Source: Tubulanus polymorphus (taxonomy: Eukaryota > Animalia > Nemertea). Taken from it: a stretch of 64,000 bases of DNA. The stretch covers positions 26,560,560 through 26,624,559 of the forward strand of contig NC_134027.1 in NCBI RefSeq assembly GCF_964204645.1. Direction: 5' to 3'. This document shows positions 25,875-37,385 of this stretch, one piece after another. Under the pieces are notes generated by a model that made no database searches, had not been told where the DNA came from, and worked only from the letters and a program-made list of their open reading frames with translations. Both the position numbers and the translations under genes were made by a program. Each line of letters starts with the position of its first letter. Position 1 is the first letter of the stretch.

Positions 25875-26650
25875 GGAACAAAACTAATGTCCGAAAGCGT
25901 CGGCTCTCCTTCGCCAGTCATGTGTCGAGGATGTCAGACAAAGAGTCGGTCAGGAAATTCTGCCCTCTACACGCCCTCATACGGAACACGAAAACCAGGA
26001 TGACGAGGCCTCACTGCCCCCACCTATCTACAAAGTGTGCTGAGTGATGTCAATGACGGGCATATCTGCGGGATTGCGCGGGATACAAATGGAGCGGTTA
26101 TACTGGATTGTCACGCTACTAGCATTCATTGTGTCCTTGCGACCGCCCGGATGAGGGATGATTCTACTGTCACGCTCTTTGTTTCTGGTATTCTGAGTCG
26201 GCTGAGGGATGATTCTACTGTCACGCTCTTTGATTTCTAGTTTGAGTGCTAGTTTTCATTGTGTCCTTGTGATAACCTCGGTCAGTGGATGAAGTCTCTC
26301 GTCGGCTTGTGAGTGCTAGTTTCATTGTGTCCTTGTGATAACCTCGGTCAGTGGATGAAGTCTCTTGTCACGCTTTTGGGTGCTAGTTGAGATCCTGAAT
26401 CTCAACCCGGTCAAGCTGGTTGTACTGCGCTATTTGTGTTTCGTGCAATTTTACAGGTGTGTCCGTTACTGACGTCGCCCAGTACATCCTGCAGTTAGAT
26501 GGGGAATGTGAGGCGTTGTCATTCTGGTTTTCGCGTTCTGTGTGAGGGCGTGTAGAGGGCAGTATATTCCTGGCTGGCTCATTGTCTGGTGTTCTCGGCA
26601 TGTGACCGGCGACGGAGAGCTGAAAAGCTTTCGAACATTAGTTTTGTTCC
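25875..26650 (+). ncRNA. Candidate long hairpin RNA (hpRNA-like): ~240-nt arms, 300-nt loop
   Basis: Arms 25875-26110 and 26411-26650 are imperfect reverse complements. Manual alignment gives ~34 differences that form G:U pairs on the + strand versus ~11 A:C-type. Flanked by + strand splice acceptors at 25841 and 26691. Confidence 0.55.
26110..26390. repeat. Short degenerate tandem repeats (~50-65 bp) in the hairpin loop
   Basis: tgagggatgattctactgtcacgctctttg occurs twice, and gagtgctagtt(t)tcattgtgtccttgtgataacctcggtcagtggatgaagtctct occurs twice. Confidence 0.8.
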
Positions 26651-27099
26651 GTACCAGGTTTTCATCGCTCTTCTCTTTTTTTTCATTTCAGGACTCCCAA
26701 GAAGTTGAAGAAGATGTTGAAGGCGACTACAACAAAGACGATGCCAAAAAAGAACACTGAACTCAGCAATATTGAAAGTTAAGTTGATACACATGTAAAT
26801 TACGATGCGTGATACGGAAAGGATTGTGTAACTACAGAATATTGTTCTTTTACTCATTTCAGGTTAATCCAGAAAGGCCCATCTAAAATCTGCCCACTTG
26901 AAGTGCCCACAAAAGACTCCACCTTGAAGTACCACCAAACACCGAAAGACCTGCCACAACCGAACCTGGCAGTCTTGACCTCATCCTGCATGGCAACAGG
27001 AATACATACATACATAAAGCTAAGTTGATTTTTCATATCTGGGGTAGAATGCATAGGCGCTGGTTAAGCTCACCATCTCCGCACTACTTTATTGAAGCT

Positions 27100-29800
27100 C
27101 TGTGGCCGGTAGTAAATTGAAATATAGCTAGGCAATGATTGCTTGAATATTTACAATATTAGACGAAATGATTGAGTGAGGTCCCTTAGATATTCTTTGG
27201 TCTGATAATTAAAATGTAGATTGGTCAGTTATTGATTAAAAGATTTCGTAAGTACGTACAATTAAGGTAAATTCAATATCTTATGTGACATTTGAAATTA
27301 TTCGAATGTACCGTAGATATTTCAGGCCTCATATGACTATTGTTTAACTGACAATCAAGATCTAGATAGGACAATTTTTACTAAAAGATATATCAATTAA
27401 ACTTTATCGTTGGTTGATAGATTTTTCTTTACAAATAATATATTAATAAATTTATTAAGATTGAGGCCATACTTCACAATATATACTGTGTGCTGCCTCA
27501 CATATAACACTTATGAATTTCATAAGATAGTGTCTAGGGCTCTATCGAGGTCTGGTGTTATATGGGGAAAACTATGGACTACAGGTCTTTATGAAACAGT
27601 GATTTGGTCTCAACACTTTGATAAATCCAGAATAAACCAAAGCTTTAATTGATCTAAGTCTTGTTTTTGGCGACGCATGATAATTGTTGTTTGACTGACA
27701 ATTAGCATACAGCCAGAAAAAATGGCTTAGATATTCACAATTAAGATGAATTCAATATTTGATGTTAGATCAAAAACTTTTTATATCATAAATATTTATT
27801 GAAATATAGCTGAAATATATAATATATTTGAGCACATCTATAAGTGAATCAGTCTCATTGACTGATCAGTTCTGTATCGCCAACTGCCGCGCTTACGACG
27901 ACTAGCCATGCTTTTCATTATTGGCAAAATTTACTCAAACCTAACTGATTCAATTAATATCTAAAAGCCATACTGTGTGTCAAGTGACACATATTATATA
28001 TAGTTTAACTGAAAATTAGAATCTAAGATGAATTACTCATTAACGTATTACTTAGATCGATTAAGGTTAATTCAATTATTATGTGAAATTATTTCTAATT
28101 CCATGGACATTTAAAATGTAGCTGATACATGTGTATCTGAGCACATTTATTTATCTGTATCTAAGTGAACCTATGGTGTCTTCACACAGCTGTATTAGTT
28201 TTGATACATATTGCCGAAATCATTTAACGCAGATTTACTACCGATCGAATCTGTGCACAAATACATTCCTGGATTTGGAAGGGGGAATATGTCAATTTCA
28301 CTGTGTATGTCAGATTCAAAGCCTTATTCTGACAGGATATCCTAAACTTAGGTCTTATTCCTCTTGCTAATAGCTCTCTTTTACTAACCCCTCTCCTTCA
28401 AACTATTTTCTAGCATCATGACTCGCACCGCACCAGGGAGGTCCGGTCATAACAAGGTCTTTTGGTCCTTATACACAGTGTACTATATAAGGGAAATAAA
28501 AATTATATGGCCATTCGGCTAAGGGAATTTCTAATTTACCACTAAAAATATGCTTTTTTATCTTTAATTTCTGATGAATTCAAATAGTGACGAATTCACC
28601 ACATCTGAAATTCTACTCATGTAGATTTTCAGGCTCCATATAAATATTGTTCAACTGACAATTAAAATATAGCTAGTATGATTACAAATTAATGGTTCGC
28701 TTAGATACCTAGAATTCAATTAAAATCAATTCAATATAATGAATATAAGTGAAACTTATTCAAAATTGTGCAGTGGATTATAGGATCGACTGTATCGTGC
28801 AATGTCGTCTGCGTCTAACTGGGCCACATGTGTGTGGGATCTGTTGAATCAGTTAGGTTTTAGGGAATTCTGGGTTAGTTAAGCTAGGTATCAAAAGCTC
28901 TGATGCAAAATCAGCAGTTCAAATAGTGATTAATTCAAATTCGTACCGGATCTGAAATTCTTCTCGTGTAGAAATTTCAAGCCCCATATAAAATATTGTC
29001 CGAGACAATTTCAATTATAGCTAGGACATTATCAATTAACTAATTGATTAGGTATCTAATTCAGCATCTTCATATAAGGTAAAAGTGCTCAAATCTAAAC
29101 TATAGGGGTTGATAAGACAACTGTATAATTTAATATTGATTGATATATAAAGAATACTGGTTAACTGTTTTAACTCTGTCTCTTGTGCGTGGAATTTATT
29201 GAATCTTTAAGGCTTTGCAGAATTCTGGATTTGTCGAGGTGTGGGAATGATTGGAGGTTTCTTAGATCTGTAGAACCATGTTACTTATAGGATCGGTGTG
29301 CTCAATGCTGGCAGCGCACTCACTCTTCAGTTAGTTATATTATCATAATTACAAGATCATTTTATATATTAGGAGCAATATTTAGAATTAATGAAATGGA
29401 TTAGAATACCATTCACTGGGTACAGATCGCCATCTGTGGGTAGAAAACATCTCTTAAGTTTATTAACTGACGATGAAGTAAATTTGATAATACGAACGTG
29501 GTTTAGCTGACAATCGAAATATATATAGGCCAATATTACTAGCAGGTTTGCACTGTATGATGGGCCTGGGTTTCAATAAAAGACACATCAAGAATTTCAA
29601 GAAGATAGAAAAGAAGACAGTTCAAAAACGATTCGATAAGATTGATTATATACATTACTAAATTTGTTGTAACTCTGGTATTCCTAGAGATGACTATAGA
29701 TGCTTTAGTTGAATTGTTGTTAAACTATAATAATCAACCATTGCTTAGATATTTAGAAAATAGATGAATTACTATATGAGTTAAATTTTATAATTATCAT
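27100..29800. repeat. Old, highly diverged tandem duplications
   Basis: gtaga(t/a)(a)tttcaggc(c/t)(t/c)catat...ttaactgacaatt motifs recur at ~27313, 28621, 28968 and 32087, and attaag(g/a)t(a/g/t)aattcaat at ~27261, 27740 and 28060. Confidence 0.55.
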
Positions 29801-30098
29801 TTAAGCTTTTTATTAAAATCTACGTATCGATCCACGTTGCTGATCTTATATATGAATTGACATGATAATTATGATCAGTGATATTCGAAAGGATTTTCTG
29901 CTCAAAAGGTTCTGCTCTTTTCTTCAGCTTGCCATTTCAGACTGATTGGAAGATAGTTTGAATGAACCGGAATCGAATTTCCCAATTATGTACTTCGATT
30001 TCTGATATACTCGAGAAAAACTACAATAAACTTTAAAAAATTAGACAAATTTAAGTGGTGAAAACGACAAAAAAATTAAAGTTAGACAAAATTCTCCC

Positions 30099-31380
30099 AC
30101 CTTGTAAACTTTCGGACTAGTTACATGAAAAAAACCAAATATTGTAAAATATAGTTATTTCCAAAATCTCAATGTATTAAATTAGGCAGAAAAAAATAGA
30201 TAAAATTATTCAACCTTGTAAACTTTCGGACTAGTTACATGAAAAAAACCAAATATTGTAAAATATAGTTATTTCCAAAATCTCGATGTATTAAATTAGG
30301 CAGAAAAAAATAGATAAAATTATTCAACCTTGTAAACTTTCGGACTAGTTACATGAAAAAAAAACCAAATATTGTAAAATATAGTTATTTCCAAAATCTC
30401 GATGTATCAAATTAGGCAGAAAAAAATAGATAAAATTATTCAACCTTGTAAACTTTCGGACTAGTTACATGAAAAAAACCAAATATTGTTAAATATAGTT
30501 ATTTCCAAAATCTCGATGTATTAAATTAGGCAGAAAAAAATAGATAAAATTATTCAACCTTGTAAACTGTCGGACTAGTGACATGAAAAAAAAACCAAAT
30601 ATTGTAAAATATAGTTATTTCCAAAATCTCTATGTATTAAATTAGGCAGAAAAAAATAGATAAAATTATTCAACCTTGTAAACTTTCGGACTAGTTGCAT
30701 GAAAAAAAGACCAAATATTGTAAAATATAGTTATCTCCAAAATCTCGATGTATCAAATTAGGCAGAAAAAAAGTTAACCCCAATCAGTCACTTAATGTGC
30801 TTCGACTATTTAAACGGTGAAAACGACCAAAAGAATTGAAGTTAGACAAAATTATTAAACGTTGTAAACTTTCGGACTAGTTGCATGAAAAAAACCAAAT
30901 ATTGTTAAATATAGTTATTTCCAAAATCTCGATGTATTAAATTAGGCAGAAAAAAAATAGATAAAATTATTCAACCTTGTTAACTTTCGGACTAGTTACA
31001 TGAAAAAAAAACCAAATATTGTAAAATATAGTTATTTCCAAAATCTCTATGTATTAAATTAGGCAGAAAAAAATAGATAAAATTATTCAACCTTGTAAAC
31101 TTTCGGACTAGTTGCATGAAAAAAAGACCAAATATTGTAAAATATAGTTATCTCCAAAATCTCGATGTATCAAATTAGGCAGAAAAAAAGTTAACCCCAA
31201 TCAGTCACTCAATATGTGCTTCGACTATTTAAACGGTGAAAACGACCAAAAGAATTGAAGTTAGACAAAATTATTAAACGTTGTAAACTTTCGGACTAGT
31301 TACATAAAAAAAGAACAAATATTGTAAAATTATCTTCAACCTTGTAATATAGTTATTTCCAAAATCAGAATTAGGCAGAG
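30099..31380. repeat. Satellite, ~114-116 bp unit, ~10 copies, with ~417-bp higher-order duplication
   Basis: Unit caaccttgtaaactttcggactagttacatgaaaaaaaccaaatattg... starts at 30211, 30325, 30441, 30555, 30671, 30972 and 31088. Two longer units carry the same gttaaccccaatcagtcac insert. Confidence 0.93.
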
Positions 31381-31569
31381 TAAAAGATTGTTTGAATGAA
31401 CCAGAACCGAAATACCAATTATGTTCTTGGACTTTCAAAAAAAAGATCACGCCGATCACGCAACTGTATGTATCTGTACTTCGATTTCCGATTTTGAAAA
31501 AATGTTGTTTCGCTCCCGGCAGGTGTGGTAGGTTTGTAAGGGACACCAACTCGAAAAGTCAAACGAGAG

Positions 31570-32085
31570 CTTGAGGTCAACAACTCATCAAAAATCTGCC
31601 GATTAGAGAACAGTGCACAGAAACCAACCGACTTAGGAGATCCTCGTCGATGATGAAACCAGCAATCATAAAAGGTAACTTGGTATACATGGAATTATTA
31701 CGATTAATTCTTATCGAAATATTTTGTCATTACAGGATATCTTCTTTAAATTATTGCAGCTAAATTTCAACTATAAGAAGAAACCCAGCTTGAGATCAAC
31801 TACTCGTCCAAAATCGACCAACTGGAACAGCGAACAGATGAGGCCAACCAACTTTAGATAATCCACACCGATAACGAACCCAGCAATCATAAAAGGTAAC
31901 TTGATATACATGGAGTTATTACGATGATTTCTAAATGTCGTTATTACAGGATATATTTCTTTACTCATTGCAGCTAAGTTTCAACTATAATAAAGAGACC
32001 AGCTTAAATCAACTACTCATCTGAAATCTACGGATTTGAACAACCCACAGAAGAATCAAACTCATTAGATGGAAATTACCGGTAT
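31570..32085 (+). repeat. Tandemly duplicated exon-intron units (~215 bp) with intact splice sites and no ORF
   Basis: Introns 31675-31759 and 31896-31973 (aaaag|gtaact...ttgcag|ctaa). The enclosed 136-nt exon has stops in all three frames. A homologous 85-nt intron lies at 26778-26862. Confidence 0.6.
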
Positions 32086-34399
32086 ATAGAAATTTCAGGC
32101 CTCATATGAATATCATTTGATAAGTGATTATCATTGAAATCTATTTACCTGTCTACATGGCTGATCTTAGAACTTTTATCTTTACTAGTCTTAGACCTTG
32201 GAGTAATAAATTTTTCAAATGATTACTCCAAGCTTAAACATTGATGAACTAGTCCTACTACTGCAATTATTTATTGGGGTTTAAATCGGCAATTGACGTC
32301 AATGAATTTTACTAAGTGAAAAACACAGTGGCTTGTTATTTGAAATGACATGTAAGTTATGATAAATCTGTCTAAAATGTTTTGCTTTCTTCACTTTGTT
32401 TCAGTCAAAATACATCCCGGAAATAATGGCCTGAAGAAGACACAAGTAGACAAATACCCATTGACCCATTTAGTGATGAAAACTGCAGAAGCCCAGGTGA
32501 TATAAGTTTAGGAGCCAGCGACGGATTAATCACTCAACGATGGAATCTTCTACAATCGATGGTTGATTTCTATAAAACATTTTATCAGGAGCAGCAGAGA
32601 TGATAGTGTATTTTATATACACTGATTCGCGCAGCAAAGACGATGGATTATCTTATAAACACTGATTCAGGATAAACACCGTTTAAGAAGAAGCAAAGAC
32701 AATGGTGTATCTCATAAACACTGAGATCCAGCAGCGGCAAAGACCTTTGTAGTAAAGTATTGATTTTTTACTCTAATATCAGACCAGTCTGATAGGCAAC
32801 ATAGTTTACAAAATTTACCTGATTGCGTGGAATGGAGTATGAAAATAGTTATTGAGTCGAATATTGAAAATAGTTAGATAATTAGGTTCCTTCGGCCTGA
32901 GAAAGGAACTCTACGTTTGAATATTTCAATATAGAGAAAACTGTTTTATAATGAGTTTGTAAAAAGATGTGTCATGTGTTTTGCAATGTGACAGAAAAAT
33001 ACTTGTTAGAGTCTAATAAAAGCTAAGCTCCATTAATTCACAATATTGGTCTTCGATCTTAGGTTGAAAGATAAGTCGAGTTGGTTAGTCACTAGGAGTA
33101 AATGGCCGCGTCGAGCGCCTAGTTTTGAGTCGTAGGTCTGTTGAGTTAACTCCTAAACTGAGATATAGTTTCAACATGATATTGTAAGTTTTATTGTGCT
33201 TACCATAGTTAAACAGAGTCAACACAGTGGCTTTGCCCTGTAGATATCACATAGTTAGGAAACATAGAATGTAACGTTCTATGTACAAATGATAAGTATT
33301 TGCAGAATTGTAGATGTACTAATTTGATGGTATTGATATTTTCCAAGGCCCGTGTAACCAATTTGAGAAATGAATCATAAATGTCGATTTTCACATGGAG
33401 TTGTAACTTTGAGCCTCCATCAATCTGTTCGATGATCAAAGCTACGTAATTGAAAGCAAAAGCTTTATCTAAAAGGAGACCATTATTTACATTTGAGAGG
33501 TAAAGCTAAAGTTATAGCTAGGACTAATTTTGAACGTTTTAACATTGTTTATAGCTGTTTGAACTCCTATTATTGTAATGGGTAAATAATGGGTAAATCC
33601 ATATCACGAGATGGCTCTCATTAATAATTACTTAGCTTCAAATCGGGTGTATAATGATTATTAAGGAGCGGCAGTGAATCAGTAGTGCTTTTCTAAAATG
33701 GCCCAGAACTTTACAGTAAAAAAATGCCTGCAGTTGTAAATAGAGGAGTATAAATAATACATGATACAAAATACAAGTACATTAATAAATAAGAAAAACC
33801 AATAAATAAAAAATTATAAATAATAGATAGTAAATAATACAAAATGCAAGTTCATAAATAAATGAATAATATTTAAAAAAAAATAGATAAAATAATAAGC
33901 AACAATACAAACAATACAAACTCTATTTACATGAAAAGGCATTTTTTCAAATATTTATTTATCAACAAGGTTTTCTCATTTATCGAACAACCTTCCCTAA
34001 GTATAGCGAAAACCCGAGATCTTTTCTGTTGTTGTTTTTAGCATTCTATCAACTCAGTTATTGTAATAAACAAAACAAATAACTATAAACCTTAACTAAA
34101 TCGAATACACTTAAAAAAATAACTGATATGATAGAATGTTTTGAATAACTGTGATGAAAGATCGACCCGTCCTTAGAACTAGCTGCGCTCAATCACTGCT
34201 GTGACCGTTGATTGTTATACGGGGATAGATTTACTATCTAAAATCTGGTACATACATTTTACTTTTTAGAAAGAATGTAAAACAGCTATAAACTTAAGTT
34301 ATTGATGTTATTGATTAGTTACCGATTTTATGATTATGTTGATGTTTTCGAAGCTGCCAGAAAAAAACATCAGAATACTTAGTATTTAATGCCAAGGTG

Positions 34400-36410
34400 C
34401 TTGGACATCTTTAAGACAAGGCAAAGTAGGCTAAATTCTAGTTTTCTAGTGAAAGTAATGATTAGTTGATACTTAGATTTCCAGAGTGAATCTGTATGTT
34501 CCATCTCTAGTATTAATGCTCTATGTTGGAGACTGTTATTGTAAACACATAACGCATGTTTGGAAATTAGGAACTTGCATGATGATTCCTTGTTTAAGAT
34601 ATTATTGTTGTGTGAATAAAACAATGTACATTTTCATCATTCATGTTGAAACTTTTTAGTTGTTAATTTCTATAGCAACAATTCCATTGTGGTGCTTTTC
34701 AGTGGTTCATAAAATACTGTTTTAATGAGCAGGAGCATAGAATAATAAGCTAGTTGATAATTAAAGAAATCTCTCAGACGAGGAAATTTTTGGCAACGTT
34801 TTTAGTTTTCTTGTAATAACTGAGATTAATTAGTTTACCTTACGCTTTCCAGAGTGAGTGAATTTGTAGGTTTTAAATTGAAATGTTTTTTAAATAACTC
34901 TTTAGCGGGGTATAATTGTTGTGTAAGAATAAAATGATATACATGTTTCGTCATTCATACTGTGCTGCTCATCAATGGTTCATGAAATACTATTTTCATT
35001 AAGGCCCTTATGGAAATAGAGTAGCAAAATAGAGGAGCAGTCTCTTGATAAATGAGGATATATGAACAGTATTAATCAGTAGATTATGCTAGCTATAGAC
35101 TCAAAACCATGGTTTAACAATGTCTATATGGGTTCTGAAATATCTGCACAAGAAGCACATCAAAAAGTTAGTTATTGAGTCTTAACTTAATTGTAGCAAA
35201 GCCATTAGTTATTAGTAATTGCCCTAGCTCTATTAAAAATGGCAGTTGAACAATATTTATATACTCGATTTATATACTCTTGCTGGATGCATAGAAGAGA
35301 ATACCTCCAAAATACTTTGCATTAAATGTAACATTTGAGAAAATAACCAATTTGATAATGTCTTGAAACCTCTTAAAGACAAGGCAAAGGTGGCAAAACT
35401 AGCTATCTTGTAAAATAATGTTAATGAAAATTAAATCAAACACTGTTTAGTTACTTATCTTAAGCTTTCCAGATTGAATTTGTGGTTTTATCTCCGGTTA
35501 TAATGTTTTTTTGGAGACTTTTTTGAAATACAGGTCATGTTGTTTTTGTAAATGACTGAGGCACTTCATCCAGTACATAATTACCTGTCATTTACGTATA
35601 ATTGTTGTTGTGGAGATAAAATGACATGTTCATGTCAATTGTTCATAAAACATTGATTTATTAAGGTCCTATCGAATAAAGTTGAGCTTTTTCTTGATAA
35701 ATGAGATGTCCTCAATCGATGTCATTTGAAAAGTTGACATGATAGATTCATATTTCATGAAATATAACAAAGTGTCGGTTACATTGACCTCATGAATTGT
35801 CAAATTCATAATCTTAGACTAGTCCAATTTTCGGGTTTTTTATGGATCAAAGTTTATAATTCTTTGTGTATTTTTGTTATTTTCCTATTGATGCAAATTG
35901 TATAAATCAGCTGTAGTGGAAATGTATCATAGATAAAGACTTCTAAATACCTTACATGTAACTTTTGTGGTTTTTAAGTTAGTACAATTTCATACATAGT
36001 AATAGAAATAAAATTACTATTAGAATGTGAGAAAATACGCTAAAAGTTAATAATATGATATGTGAAAATAAAATGATGTAAGAATGTAAATCAGATTGAT
36101 TATTTAATCCTACGCTTTCCAGAGTATTTTGCCAGGTTTATCTCTGGTTTTAGTGCGGGGAGCCATGGACTCACGGTTTAAGAGTCCATGGTTGTGGGCC
36201 ATAGACGTTTCTGTTTTAGAGTCTATGGTTGGACCATGGGCGTATTAACTCTCGTTTATAGTTTATACGCCTATGGTGGTTGGACTAGTTGTTTTTGAAA
36301 GTCCACGTGTTTGAGGAGCTTACGTTATAATTCCTCGAGCACAAACCTGGCATTTTGTATAATTGTTGTATGAGAATAAATATGATTTTGAAATTTGTCA
36401 TTCGTTTCAA
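34400..36410. repeat. Four diverged tandem units (ctttccag ... ataattgttg...ataaa)
   Basis: tttccag(a) near 34478, 34846, 35466 and 36116, each followed by (t)at(a/t)attgttgt...ataaa near 34601, 34911, 35597 and 36358. Confidence 0.6.
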
Positions 36411-36413
36411 CAA

Positions 36414-36613
36414 GTGTTACTAAAACGAAGCACTACTAAAAACGAAAACTATATGCACCCGAGAAAACCGACCAGGCAATTTACGTTTCCGGCAGAGGTG
36501 GTACACAGCGCCCCAAGTGATGATTTCTTTGGACTTCTTTTTAGTCATGCATAGTTCTTATACCCCAAAGTGCATAGGTCTTCGTTTTAGTAGCGCATAG
36601 TTTTTAGTAACAC
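36414..36613. mobile_element. MITE with ~45-bp imperfect TIRs (gtgttactaaaa...)
   Basis: gtgttactaaaacgaagcactactaaaaacgaaaactatatgcac versus gtgcataggtcttcgttttagtagcgcatagtttttagtaacac. TSD not resolved. Confidence 0.6.
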
Positions 36614-37385
36614 CTCTATTTCACTGCCCTGCTATAAAATTAACTGCTTTTCACGGCCGGCCCGTGAATCATTTTCACGAACCCAGGGCCACCTTCGGTC
36701 ATTTGAGTTAGTCGACTATAGTCTAAACTAAACGAAACCGAATGTCCATTAGTCGGAACTATATTCCGGAAATAGTTCGAAAATAAAGCGCATTCGGTTA
36801 TTAGTTTCGACCACTAGTCGACTAGATACGGAAACCGAATTTGCCCCGCAGTATTGGACCGGCAACCAGTCTATCCCGAAGGTAGAGACCGGCAACCAGT
36901 CTAAACGTGAAATTTTACCGTGAGGTGCTGCCACCATATTGAGAACGGTTGGCTTCTGAACTTAAGGTAAACAATATTGACAGTTCTTCGAAGTTCGATC
37001 GTTTTTTGCTAAAAAAGTGGCTCATGTGTTGTTATGAAGTAGCCTGTCGCCTGCTGGTAATCCATTACTTGTATTCATTTCCAAACTGCATTTATTTCTG
37101 TGACTCTGCTGAGGGAGCTTATTGCTGACTGAAAATTATAGGCCAAAATTATATTATGACTTGTCTTAGCAGGCCTGAATTCAGTTGATTGTTTTGACTT
37201 GATTCAGCAGATTGAGATTGAGATTGATCTTATTCAAAGTTTTGATATTGCACCTAACTGTTATGAATTCATTTGATAAATTCTTAATTTCAGTAGGCCT
37301 ACCGGAACAAGAGCATTGTTACAGTGTAAATTCCAGCTTAACGTTTTATGTATAGGCCCATTTCTTCTTTTAGTGTTCAACGAAG

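Noticed and set aside
25583-26857. ORFs 25583-26047 (+), 26383-26601 (-), 26579-26857 (-) as protein genes
   Set aside because: No recognisable domain. They cross splice-like sites, and the homologous frames in the two hairpin arms differ by indels and stops.
32590-32746. Short repeats (gcaaagac...taaacactga) with variable gaps
   Set aside because: Only 3-4 degenerate copies with irregular spacing; ordinary decayed tandem duplication rather than a repeat-spacer array.
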